From positions 32,001 through 96,000 of IMG/VR virus record IMGVR_UViG_3300037507_004165: a stretch of DNA of 64,000 bases; one strand, given 5' to 3'. Numbering within the stretch: position 1 is the first letter of the stretch; each line of letters opens with the position of its first letter. Position numbers and translations under genes: made by a program. This document shows positions 20,901 to 32,600 of this stretch, piece by piece. The notes under the pieces were generated by a model, which was given only the letters and a program-made list of their open reading frames with translations, did not search any database and was not told the origin of the DNA. The DNA comes from a virus.

Positions 20901-23169
20901 AGTTAATAGTCAGCTACCTCCCGGAATGCCAAGACTAACCGATGGTGAATTGGGTGATTTCTTTTCAGGAGATATGGCTGGCGTTGCCTTAAGAAGAAGG
21001 CTGGGAGTTACGCTTGATCAAGCAACAGCAATAGGATCAAGAGTTTTGTTCGAAGCAAACTTTTTGGAAAGTCTTGGCGCTGTTGGAGATGTACAAAACT
21101 CAATAGGAATGAATATAAACAGAATGTCTTCTGTTTCCTACTTGGCACCTCAGTTAGATGACTTTTCAAGACAACTTTCGACTATGGCACCAGTCGGCAT
21201 ACCAGCTGATTTGATGACCAATATACTTCAGGAATCTTCTACATCTAGATCATTTATAGCAATAGCTCCTTCAGATATAGTTGACGTTATTAATCAATTG
21301 TCTGGAGAACAGAGAATAGCGCCACTTTCTGAAAAAATAGCTGGCCTTAGTCCGGATCAGGCAGCGAGAACTAGGGCAGGGTATGAAGCTTTAGCAAAAC
21401 AAGTTGGCGGAGCAACAGCTGACACTTTACACGATTTTTCAATAAAGCCAGTCAATATAGCACTCGCTCAAATGGAACAGCAATTTGCGCAACTTGGAAC
21501 TCAAAGGGCATTGGGTATAGCAGCTGGCTTGTCAGCAGAACAGCTGCCTGGTTTTGATCCAAGTATTCTCAACGCCGGATTCGGAAGAATGAAGTCCAAT
21601 GATGATATTGCTCTTCTAAAAAGATCTGTTTTACAAGAACAAAAAAGAGTTAGAGACAGATTGCTATCTTCTGGAGTTGATGCATCTGTAGTTTCAAGAC
21701 TAGATGCAGAAATAAGTTCTTTAGAAAGGGCTAATTCACAACAGGTTAGGGATATTTTGTCCCTTTCTAATACAAGTGATTTTTATAGAAAATATGGATC
21801 ATATTCTCAAGCAATGGATATGGGCATGTTCGCCAGGGGTCAAATCGATACAGCAACAGCCACTTCATTTAGAATGTCTGATGTTTTAACAAGGCCAGTA
21901 GCAAAATCTGAATTTGTTTCAAAGGCAAGGGCATTATTAGAAAGTTCAAAAATCAAATCATTATTTAATGAACTAGAAAAGTATGATTCATTAGGTGATA
22001 AAGATACACTGCAGCTTGATCAAAATACTATAAGAACTACAATTAAGTATGAGCTAGGCGAGGAATTGTCAAAGGGCTTAAGGGCAATCAGGGAATCATA
22101 TCCTGGCTCTTCTGGAAAAACACTAGATATCATAGAAACACTTAATGCAGAAATCGTAAGAACTCATGGAGCTCGATACTCTTCTCTTCTTTCTTATCCA
22201 GGAGAAGAGGGGGCAGAAACCACAATGATGACTCTTTTTGAATTATCAAAGAGAAGAAGACTTTTGATGAATCAATCTTATGACGCAAGAAATCTAAACT
22301 ATATTCAGGAAGCGTACAGAGCAACAATAAATCCAGTAGGAGATGTAACTGAACTAAGTCCCCAAGCTGCAAGAAGAATACTTGAAGCCCATACTCCAGA
22401 CACAGTTTCAATAATGGGGATTGAAGATGTTGTTAATCCAAGAAAGATAAGAGATCAAAACCTTCTTGATTTTATCGAAATTATCGCTGAATCTGACAAT
22501 GGTCTAAAAGTTGTTGGCTCAAGAGTTAACGCAACTAGGGTTGCTCAAGAGGCCTATGGAATGATTTCTAGAAGAACTGGTCTAGAAGCAATAGACGAAG
22601 AGATGTCTGCTCTTGGAGAAGTTCCAGCAACAACTTCAGATGGATACGCAAGAGAAGTTACTTCGTTAATGGATGAAATAGAAAGACTAGAAGATGAATC
22701 AAACCCAATGCTTGGCGAGTTCTTTAATGCAGCAAAAAGTCCCTATAGAAGAATTATAGATTCCTTTAAAGATAGCGATAGTGCCCTTAGACAGTTTATT
22801 GATTCTCCTGGGGTAAAGAAATTTGGAATAGCTATGGGAGCAACAATAGCTGCAAGCTTTTTCTATCAGAGTAGAAAGCAGAAAGATTTAACTTCAGATA
22901 GTATTTCTGGTCCACCACTCCTACCTGGTGGTAATCCTTACGAAACAGAATATCCAACTAGACAGTCAATAATACAAGATTTAAATTCAAATAGTCAGTA
23001 CTCTTCTGGCACCCAGTATCAAATTAACACAAGCGGTTCAATGGAAGATTTAAATAGATTAAGAGGGCTGTTTGGTGATGTTATTGACGGCCCTATAAAC
23101 GCTACTATGTATGATGGATTACCTATGGCTGGGCAAGACCCTTATCCTGATTTAGCCTCTAGATTTTAG
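17998..23169 (+). CDS. Large helical virion/tape-measure-like protein (1723 aa)
   Basis: Uninterrupted ORF, coiled-coil-like composition, one hydrophobic segment near the C-terminus (FGIAMGATIAASFFY). Confidence 0.55.
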   Translation: MPSSLNSRIRAQRLVLKRTPAYSMIDIQEDGTFINTITGKKSDSLQDALTEAGQLRLAEMRRFGPGAAQNMVSTGSDVIKSEIELLNEYLMNPRNHERLRSMGFDNLVNGQITGTLMVFNTDNNRANIEALQSTINEIFPGELIITDGGMQLFSLSEAVTGAGQKVNLSASEQFLLKQMAGVGRLREDFVSSFFADASKALVSTNEADKLTALANVGSKLGKMTKRIQSIQSPRDVSFGTKIINELIESEGKKFSYVYDDVELMLRVAGGDLENLSPLERVLSRSSTQTEFRMQSAVDAANEAFETIEYATGLKRADGTYADTATQDLSRQLKELMEEAIQNKSPDETVLDYMKRQAGTMIDETGNLVKIPEEYMDDFGKLVMGIDKNLETFRDGTYLIAENNLRALLKSKENNYEQEFRRLTANGRTLTKQDQSLLNQLSSEIDKTRSALESHMRERNPARVGFDDGLFKGEGQVSTFSDISGISVKKLKKIESEYNRLSGLTTLTESQQNNLNYYETVMSARNFFENFFVIAPRSALKKEVGNQAAAISMNIATSHAEGVYMDPMQALVDPAFFTNQDLQKRITQNIDAQVAGIANFGTTGQVPEEILRQLEEQSSLDTSLLDPSAQASALRNRAEAREISNLLKSNVDPRQIPGLVNRVRNHYAIKAFREKGTSVDVLVPDAYRYQITTRGASGIRPNNMSSSGISQVPVAQGRSLNFVEFAVRGRQAVVSDNNASTYKAALGTFDLDDKVLPVMRTFKDENGRTRIGYITTRDPKGTQEMILMRPVMRDLETIQELAGASDDVLLSRFRSMGTIDLSRISQELSQANIGSSDMQNALGIIQGALKANKKGELFSSSGVQRGLNKASEDTMFAIETILRIVREGKYDPSAPSLLPEIPTSVIDELTLRGSAAIRGRDVLASSGRTVAQELGLGPEQGAPYSYKTFVEGQFSGQTDIATVRRFLDQVNSQLPPGMPRLTDGELGDFFSGDMAGVALRRRLGVTLDQATAIGSRVLFEANFLESLGAVGDVQNSIGMNINRMSSVSYLAPQLDDFSRQLSTMAPVGIPADLMTNILQESSTSRSFIAIAPSDIVDVINQLSGEQRIAPLSEKIAGLSPDQAARTRAGYEALAKQVGGATADTLHDFSIKPVNIALAQMEQQFAQLGTQRALGIAAGLSAEQLPGFDPSILNAGFGRMKSNDDIALLKRSVLQEQKRVRDRLLSSGVDASVVSRLDAEISSLERANSQQVRDILSLSNTSDFYRKYGSYSQAMDMGMFARGQIDTATATSFRMSDVLTRPVAKSEFVSKARALLESSKIKSLFNELEKYDSLGDKDTLQLDQNTIRTTIKYELGEELSKGLRAIRESYPGSSGKTLDIIETLNAEIVRTHGARYSSLLSYPGEEGAETTMMTLFELSKRRRLLMNQSYDARNLNYIQEAYRATINPVGDVTELSPQAARRILEAHTPDTVSIMGIEDVVNPRKIRDQNLLDFIEIIAESDNGLKVVGSRVNATRVAQEAYGMISRRTGLEAIDEEMSALGEVPATTSDGYAREVTSLMDEIERLEDESNPMLGEFFNAAKSPYRRIIDSFKDSDSALRQFIDSPGVKKFGIAMGATIAASFFYQSRKQKDLTSDSISGPPLLPGGNPYETEYPTRQSIIQDLNSNSQYSSGTQYQINTSGSMEDLNRLRGLFGDVIDGPINATMYDGLPMAGQDPYPDLASRF

Positions 23170-23177
23170 GTTTTAAT

Positions 23178-23636
23178 ATGATTTTTGGTGCTGACACACA
23201 AAATAAAAATTTAGCAGATTCTGCTAAAAAAAGAATAGATACGTCTCCTAGAACTAGAACGTCTAATGCCATGTCTGCAAGAATAGCTAACTCAAAGCAG
23301 GGTTCACCAAATGAATCAACAGTCTCTAATCAATCCAGATCAACACTTTCAAAATCAAAATCTGATCCTATAAGAGGTTCTAGAGAAGGTCTTATGGACG
23401 GTGTGTCAACACCGATTCAAGCCTCTGGAGATGGATATGATAATAAAGATTTTCAAGGAGCTAGATATAAAGACAAAAGTTCAAGCGCTGAGTTTAAACA
23501 AGATATAGCTAATAAATTTAGAACAAACACAAGTAAAAATGCTATAATTAATAATCAAAGTTCAAGGTTTGGTTTAAACAGTTCAGCTCACCTTTTAAGT
23601 GAGCATCTTAAAGCAGATACAATATTGGGTAAATAA
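23178..23636 (+). CDS. Hypothetical protein (152 aa, Ser/Lys/Asn-rich)
   Basis: Tightly packed between neighbours on the coding strand. Confidence 0.6.
   Translation: MIFGADTQNKNLADSAKKRIDTSPRTRTSNAMSARIANSKQGSPNESTVSNQSRSTLSKSKSDPIRGSREGLMDGVSTPIQASGDGYDNKDFQGARYKDKSSSAEFKQDIANKFRTNTSKNAIINNQSSRFGLNSSAHLLSEHLKADTILGK
23540..23548 (+). promoter_or_regulatory. Possible internal extended -10 element (TGCTATAAT)
   Basis: Exact TGnTATAAT about 90 nt upstream of ATG 23637, but inside coding sequence. Confidence 0.35.
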
Positions 23637-26600
23637 ATGGCAGAAGCACCTAAAAGTCAGGACGTATACGAGGACTCTGATTTAGCCCCTATATCTTCTT
23701 TATTTGGAGAAATGGGAAATGATAGAAGTTTCTGGGCTAAAGCTGGTGGAGTTTTTGAAGACGCTTTAGGTTATTCAGCTGACGCTCTATTTTCTTGGGC
23801 ACGGATATGGCGATTATCGCAACTCGTTTAATCAGGCAATAGATAATGATCTAAAAGGGCAGTTTGGTGCTGGGTGGACTCAAGGTGATTTTTATAATTC
23901 AGATCAGATGTTTATCAGGCTTACAAGTTTCAGAAAATCTGAAATGGCCCACATTAAAGATGAAAATAGTAGAAAATTAATCTTTGAAAAGATTGGTCAA
24001 TCTGGACTCCTTGAACTAGCACAGATGGCTGGTGGCATTCAAGAGTTTGCCAGACAAAGATTTACGAGCGCAGAGACGTTAAGAAAATCTGCTTCTGAAT
24101 ATAATGATCCAATCAGAGATACTTTTTGGATGGATAAACTTATCCAAGCAAAAAATTTCTTCTACGCAGATCCATTTGCCCTGGCAACTGTTTACAAGTA
24201 TTTTCCAAATTTATATAGACTATACATAACATCTCTTGCGGCTACTGCAGACTATGGTTATTCGGAAGAAGATCCACTTAATAACCATGAGCAAATCATG
24301 GAGAAGATGTTCAAAGCTTTCGGAACTGATGATCAAGGCAATGCCACGTTCAAACCAATATGGGCAATTGATAACTTTTTGACAGCTCAAAGAATAGAAA
24401 AAGAAATAAAGAGGATGAATTTTGGTTCGGCAAATCCTCCAAAAACTCCAGATATTTTTCACCTGAGACTTGGTGCAGCGAACTTCTACATACCTCCAGT
24501 TTCAATAAATGTTAATACAGGATTTAAGACTGGAAGTTTAACTGGTGGTGCAATCAGACAAAAAAGTTCTCCAAAATATAATTCTGGATACAAAGAAACA
24601 ACAATAACCATAAAGCTATTCTTTCCTAACTACGAAGAAATTTGGGGGATAAGCATAGATGATGCAACAAGGGTCAGTTTAAATTCTAATTTCCATATAG
24701 ATTTCAAAGATCCAGCACATGAACAGAAAATAGATAAGTTTCTTTCATCGCTAAGAGGGTTAGTAGCTGCGTTCAAGTACGCTCCGATTATACCTATTAA
24801 AAACCATTACTTGAATTCAGTTTTTGATATAACCGGTGTTGCTTTGTCATCAATGACTGTATCTACAGTACCAAATTATCCATTTACTCTTGAAGTAGAC
24901 TTAGAGCTCTTCCACTTTAACCATAAGCCATATTTGCCAATGATTAAGGATTTCAATCAAGCTGTTAACTGGGGCAAGTACAGACACTATATGGGAAGAG
25001 CAGCTGGATCTCTGGCAAACTCAGTAAACGCAGAGTTTCTCCTAAAAACTGTCCAAGAACAGGTTGCAAACACAGGTGTAGTTGCAGATTATGAAATGGA
25101 TTCCGGAAGAGACCAATACGCAATAAGCCCATACGGCGCAATGCCAGAAGACGTAAAGCCATATAATAATGATGTTTTGACAACAAATGTGTATAGCGAT
25201 TGGGTTAATGGAAACGGCATTTCTCTATATATACCAGCAGAAGTCCAATCTAAAATTTTTAGTCCAGATGTATCATCTTTTAGATCGGCAGAAGAAAAAT
25301 CTATTCAAGAATTTGGAAGAGCATTTTGGGAAAACCTACTATTTAAGTTTGGAATTGATGTAACTGACATAAGTCTTTACAAGAGTCTAGATACTGTAGT
25401 GATAAACTCACTGAACTATACAGTTCCGATGTCTCAAAGGGACAAGGCTTCTAGAATAGTGGATCTGGCATTAGCTGGATCAAATGCCAAAGACATTTAC
25501 ACTGCAGTTTACGATTCTTTAGCCGCAAGTTATATAGCCAATAATGTTCTTAACGACGCTTCTAAAGATTATATAAGGAACAGAAAGTCACCAAGTGAGT
25601 TACAAGTACCAGGACTATCGACTCCAGAACAAACAGAAGACTTGAAAGCTGATAAGTGGGCAATGTATACCGCATCCCAAAGCGTAAAAGGGCTGTTGGA
25701 GTATAGTATTACTCAAAATGTTGAAGCTATCCTTAAAAAGGCAAAGAAAGAAATAGATCGAAATTCGAAAGACTATTTAAGAACCTATGCCGAAGAAGAA
25801 AGAAAGTTTATGGATTCTTTCTATGGACTCTTATACGAAAGAGTGTATCAAGATGAAAGTATCCAAAACTTACTTGGAATAGGTGCAGTCAGAGACGCAG
25901 AAAAAAATAAACTTCCAGCATTCACAATACGTGAATGGGAAGTCCCAATGATGAAGATAGATCTTGATCCAGAAAAAGTTATAGTTAATGGTGTGAGCCT
26001 AAGCATGGGCAATAATTTAGCCAAACTTCAATTACAAATGCAAGATGAACCAACGTATCAATACATAGGCTCTAATGACTCAATGGTCAGTATAAACATG
26101 ACTATATTTGGTGAAACAGAGCTTAGAAAAATAAAGAAAATGTTTGACTTCCTAAGCGGTCTTGCAAGACTAGAGCACGCAGCTGGTGTAATAGGTTATA
26201 TGGGCATAAAGAATGTGGTGTGTGCTCTTGCTGGCATAAAGTACGTACTACCATTGAACTATACTGTTCAAACAATCCAGGGATATCCCCACGTATACAA
26301 TGTGCAGCTTATGCTAACCGACTTTGATATATTCCAGCAAAAGAGAGAGAGCATAAGTGCTGATGGTCAAATAGCTTTGATAAAAGAATTTGGCACAAAG
26401 AAAAATCCATTCTTAAGATTGAAACAAAAATGGGATATGTTTAATACTTATCCAGATCTTCCATTGACTATATACAATCAGGAAACAAAAGAAGTAGTTG
26501 GTACATTTGATCCAGACTTCTACTTTAGAAGTTTTGAGATGTTTGATGAAGACGTAGTCAATAATGTAATTGAATCAGATCAGTATACTTTGCCTGTTGG

Positions 26601-29600
26601 TGAGTGGGCACAGGAAAAAAGAAATTTAAATGATAGAGGAAAATCATACGTATATTATGTCAAAAAAATTCTTATAGAAAATAATGGAGATATACAAAAA
26701 GTAAAAGAATTTTTAATAGACACCTCTAAGCTTCCAGCAGATGAAGCTATGAAGGTTTTTAGAATAGCTATATTTGATCAAGAAAATGAGCCCGAGTTTG
26801 AAACTTCACTTCAGTCTTCTAGATTTATAGCCAACAAGTATCCAACTATTTGGAAAGATCTAATAGATTCATTTAAAGACGACCAAGGTGTAGATTATAA
26901 TTTTGAGGATGTTAAGTTTAATACTAGATATGGCGTGGTAAAAATAGGAGATGTTATATCTGGTTCCAAAGAAGAAATTGATAAGTTTAATAAACTAGTT
27001 GCTGACAGTATAGATGAAGCTAACGGAAAAGAACTACCGTCATTTGACCCAGACGATGTGGACCATTTTGGAATCATGCACTTCATACCCGCAGCAGATT
27101 CAAGCGATACTAAGAGAATACCAGCTATATATCAAACTCCAGACGGAGGATATATTATGGGTTATTCAAACAGGGAAGACGGACGCTTCTATATAGCTAA
27201 AGACTTTTTGAGAATAGGACCTGATGGAAAAGCTGTTTCAACCTCTAAGGTCACAACAATTTCAGATACTCAAGTTCCAGAAAGGGATCCACAATCAACT
27301 CATACTGGAGTACCAGGAACTTCTTCTTTAAACACTTATCAAAATGCAATGGGCACAAATAGTGTAAACTCAATGCAGTCTGTTTCTACTTCTGGAACAC
27401 ACAAAGGTGTCGCCAAGCACTGGCAAAAAATGATGCTCGACACCCAGTACAGAGATATTTCTGGAAGAATGGTCAGAGCGTTTCCTACCTACATGCTCTG
27501 GCTAATAGATGATCAAAACTTTTTTGCTGGAGTAAAATTGTTTGATAATTTCTACGGTCTTCAGTCGGTAATAGACTTCTCTCTTGTGTCCTCTGAAGAT
27601 ATTCTTGGTGACACTTTAATGTTAAGAATATCAAATACTTATTCAAAACTTTCTAGACCAGAGCTTACGCTTCAGTCAATCCTTGGAACAGATGGAACTG
27701 TGTCTGGATCTGTAAGCAACTCAGATATAGATAAAGCAGCTTCTAATCTTTCTGAGGGAACAACAAAGATGGTAGAGACGTTAATCAAGAGATCTTTGAA
27801 TATTAAATCACACATGAACTCTAGGTATGTAACAGAAATAGAGCATATGAGATTGAAGCCAGGAGTAAGAATTCATCTAAGAGCTGGATACGGAAGCAAT
27901 CCAAATTCACTACAAACAATTTTCAATGGAGTTATTGCAGAAGTAGATCATGGAGAAATAATTACCGTAATAGCACAGTCCGACGCCGTAGAGTTGAGCC
28001 CCATAATAAATAGTACAAAGAAAAAGGGTGACAGCGGTAAAGTTGATGGTGGAATAAACACTGGTCTTTGGATGTCAGAGCCAAGAGATTTAATGATTCG
28101 CTTACTTTCTATGGGCGCTTCAAGAGTTAGAGAAGCTTTCGCCCACGCAACAAGAGGGACTGTTTTTTCTGAAAATAAATTCGGCATAAGGCACTTTGGC
28201 CAAATACTATATGCTCCACTAACTCCAGAAGAAGAGCAAAAATCCTCCCTGTACAAACAAAGTGTTATCAACGCATTTAATGAAGTGGGCAAAAATCCAA
28301 TAAGAGGAAGCGTAGGATTGGGCTGGAACTCAACGGCAAATCTTATCACTGGTGGAATGCACCTTGGAGCTGCTACGTTAACTAATGCCTCTCTAGCTCC
28401 AGTAAACAATCTTCCTGGCGTTAATTTCTCTTACAGCGCTGGAACAGATCCAGGCATACAAAGTTTTGGCGGAGCAGTAAGAACTCCGTTGGTCGGGGCA
28501 ATGCAAACGCTGTGGGCTAATTTTTCAACACAAAGAGATTTAGAGATATTTAAAAGAAATATATATCCAGGAAATGGTGTAGGCGTAGCTCAATTCCTTG
28601 GTGGTGACTTAGACGATGGCTGGGCGACTATGGCAAGTATCGATATATCTGAAATTGATTCTCAAAAATTTGGATATCTTGATAGGCTTTCAAATAGTTC
28701 TTGGTCTGGATTGATTGAACAATCATCCAATCTTACAAATGTAGACGCTGCTCAGGTATTGGAAAAAGCTACGTCTGGAAATAAATTGATAGATTCAAGC
28801 AAGGCAATAGGAACTAGCCAGGTCTTAGGTGTAACCGCAGCAGCTGCTGGAATAGCTGCTGCTGCCAATCCTTTAACTCTTGGTCTCGGAGCTGGTTTGG
28901 TGAAAACTATGAGCGGAAGAGGCGGAGCCAACATAATGAAGACACTTGGCTTAGTTTCAGATCTTGATGATGATATATATGATGAAGTTTCATTTAGAGC
29001 GCAGACTTACATGAGAAGTGTTTGGGATATGTTTCAAATGTGCGCAAGATTACTCCCAAATTATATAGTTGCTGTCAGGCCCTTTGAGGAAAGATCAACC
29101 ATATTTTATGGAAAACCACACTGGCTCTATACTTCCGGCGTAATGCCGATCTCTACTGGATTTCCAAGTGAAGAACAAGCAAAGGCAAATAATATATCCA
29201 TACCTGGATATTCAGATCCAGACGATTCTTTGTCTAAACTTTTGTATTCTCTAAACAAAGAAACAACACCATACGCAGATGCATTAGCCTCTTTGCAAAA
29301 TAAAGAAAATGTTTTGGCAGAATCATTAGCCTCTATGGCCAAGGAAATGACTTCTATGACTGGGATATTTAGGGCTGGTCAAGGTTTGAATAGACAGATA
29401 GTCGACTTCAATGATGTTCATAGAAATACATACTACAAAGATAATAAACCAGTTTCTCGTCTTCCAGTTAATAAAGGAAAAGTTCAAGTTGGATTTCACT
29501 TACCATTTAACACAACTGGGACAGGAATTGAAATGTCCATACAAACTGGTTCAAGTGACGAAAAGCTTAATCATAAGCAAATAGCTCAGCTTCCAATAAG

Positions 29601-32600
29601 ATATTCATATCCATTTTTTACAAATAGAACTTCCGGAACATTGCCCTCATTAAATTTTGACAGAATACTGAGAGGAAATGATGAAGAAGAAATAACAAGG
29701 TCATTAAATAATATATACCAAATTTCTTTGGTGGAAAAAGGATTAATATCAAAAGGCGAGGGGTCAGAATCAACAGCTCTGGTATCTAAAAAGAGTGAGG
29801 GTTCAGAAGAAACTTTAGATTTTAATTTTGATTTCGCGTCTAAACTCAAGTTCCTTGGTCTTGATCAGTTACTGACTGGTACCGCAGCTTTTGATCCATC
29901 TGGAATTTATGACCCAGACTCTTCTTTAGGGCAAATAAACGCTACTCAAGTTATTCAAATGCCCCTGCCCATAATATCAACTGCCGATATAAAATCAGAC
30001 CCATCTACAAGTGGGGAAATACAACTTTCTGAAAAGTTTCAAAAGTACTATGAAGATTTAGACCCAGCATACTCAACATTGGCAGAATACTGGGGGGATA
30101 TTCAATTGAATTTTTCTGAGTGGGGAATGCCAAAGTCTGCAGAAGACGAACAGTTTTATATCGCAATGCGTTGGCCGTACAATCCGGTAAAGGCACGAGA
30201 TGAAGCTGGGCTAAACCTAAGTCAAAACCAAGATATTAAAAACGAAATACTTAAAAAGTTTTTGAAAAACTATAATCTAAAAGAAGAAGATTTAGCTGGA
30301 AATCCAGATGAATACAAAAAACGTAAAGTTCTTGTATACAATCCAAAAACAAAAACAGCAGTAGTTTGTACGCCAGCTTATTTCCTTTGGGGAGAAGACG
30401 ACGCAAATGATCGAAACGGAATAGCTGCCATAGTGTCTCCTGACGCAGCCTACTTTTTGGGATTATTGATAGATGAAAAGGGTAGAATTCTTTCTCCACT
30501 AGAAAGTATTGGTGGAGTTAATGGTGGAATATGGTCAAGCGGCGGCAGACAATGGGAAGAAATGGGAATGGCAGAAAGGAATTTGTCTGAATGCATGTTT
30601 ACCTTTGTTCCAGATAGCACTCCAGTTGGAGTCGTCACAAGTTCGTATAATCCAGCTAATAGATTTTCATATACAAATTCATATAATGACGATACATTCC
30701 TAATCGGCTTTGGAGCATTTAAACCAATAGAAGGTAATCTACCCGAAATTCTTCCAGCAATTCAAACCAAAAATGTTTTGACTGGCATGACTGCCGATAG
30801 GGCAGAAAGAATTCTGTCTAATGGACTAAGAACAGAGGTAAGTTATGGTTATGCGACTGATCTTGTTGCGGCAAAAACAGCACAAGATTGGCAAAAGGAA
30901 TGGAGTAGGGGCGGCAACTGGGTCAATTACTTTGACTACATAATGCCGAACGAAGATTCCGAATTACAGTTGGGTGAATTGTCTCAAGATTCATTATTTG
31001 AAAAGCTAGAAGAGGATAAGAAAGATGAAACACGAGACGCATTTGCTTCTGTCTACGATCCACTCGATAACATATCTGTTGTAGCAAGAGGATTTTATGA
31101 TGAGCAGTTTGATAATACTGTAAAAGTCATTGCTGGCAACGGTAGAAAGGTAACAGAGGCTCAGCAAATTTGGGACCAATTTAGGTTTGGATATCATAAT
31201 TACGAATCTGTTAAAAGCGTATTCCAAAAAACGTATGGTTTAGATCCAGATAGCGAAGAAGAATCTTCAGATCCAATATTTGCTTTGTTAACTGGAAAAG
31301 ATTCTCTTGTATTTGAGGAGTTTAATGCAGATAAAAGAAGCGCAGAATTTAATACTCTTCTTGGTGCAGACTGGATTACATCGATTAATCAAGCAGCTTC
31401 TGTAACTTCGGCAGTTGATATAGCAGTAAGCGAATACGTTGATGCTGGAGTTTCTGGTCTAGATGAAAACAAAAAGCCAATAATAAATAAAGACCAAGGA
31501 ATAATAGATATATATAACGTACTACTTCAGAAAAAATTAAATGGTCTTAAATCAATTGTTCAAAATCATTTTGAAACTTATGAATACGCAAGAGACGCTT
31601 CTACTCAAAGTGTTGATATTCAGGATAGAGTTAAAGAAGCTCTTTCTGGGATTAAAACGCCAAAGCAGTTGTTCCTCTTGCTTGTTGGAATATTTAGACA
31701 AAAACTATGGTCAGATCCATACGCTAGAGCATGGTTAATTTTGAGGCCAGACAAAAAGAGATTTAGCGCTACAGGTGCTGGTGCAGTTGTGCAAGCTATG
31801 AATCCAGTATCACTCGCACTTGATACATACGGAAACGACAACGATCAATGGAGCTTTAGGCCAATAGACAAAGTATTCGCTGCATTTATTGACTATGAGA
31901 GAGAATATGCCACGAATCAAACATCATTTATTAAGCTACTAAAAGAAAACGCAAAAGAAGGAAATAACGCAGGCAACTGGGTAACTGGAGTCTGGGAAGA
32001 AACTACAGATTTCTGGAATAGAAATATTGGTCCAATAATAAACGCCTTTGAAACTTCTTTGGGAAATCTTTTGAATATGTTTAGATTGTCTATGGCTCAA
32101 ATGGGTTATGGATTAAAGGAACTCGAAAACTTTACTAAACAGGCTAACATATTAAATAAAGCTTATAATGATTCAATTTATTATTCACTCGGAAGACCCG
32201 GGACTTTGTTGAGAGCTGTTGATAATCCGTTTACAAGAGAATATGGCGAACCAGTTGTTGAAATAAGAGAGCCATTCCAAAGAATGCACTACATAACTTC
32301 CTTTAGCCATATATTGGCAAATAACATAAAAGAAAATTTCAACGGAGTCGCCACTCAAATAACAGCTGTTTCAGATGGCAAATATCCAGTAACAGTATCG
32401 CTAGATAAAGCAGCTCCACCAGAAAAACAAGTAGAAAAAACTGTAGAGACTGGTTTATACTGGGACAATCCAAAGGGTGAGGGCGTATTCGGCTTACTGC
32501 ACCCAATATTCCATCCACTAGAAACAGCAAGGGGTATAGCAAAACATGCACAGGGTGAGCCAGATGAGCTTACAGCAAGAAGAGTCGCTTTGTCCTACTT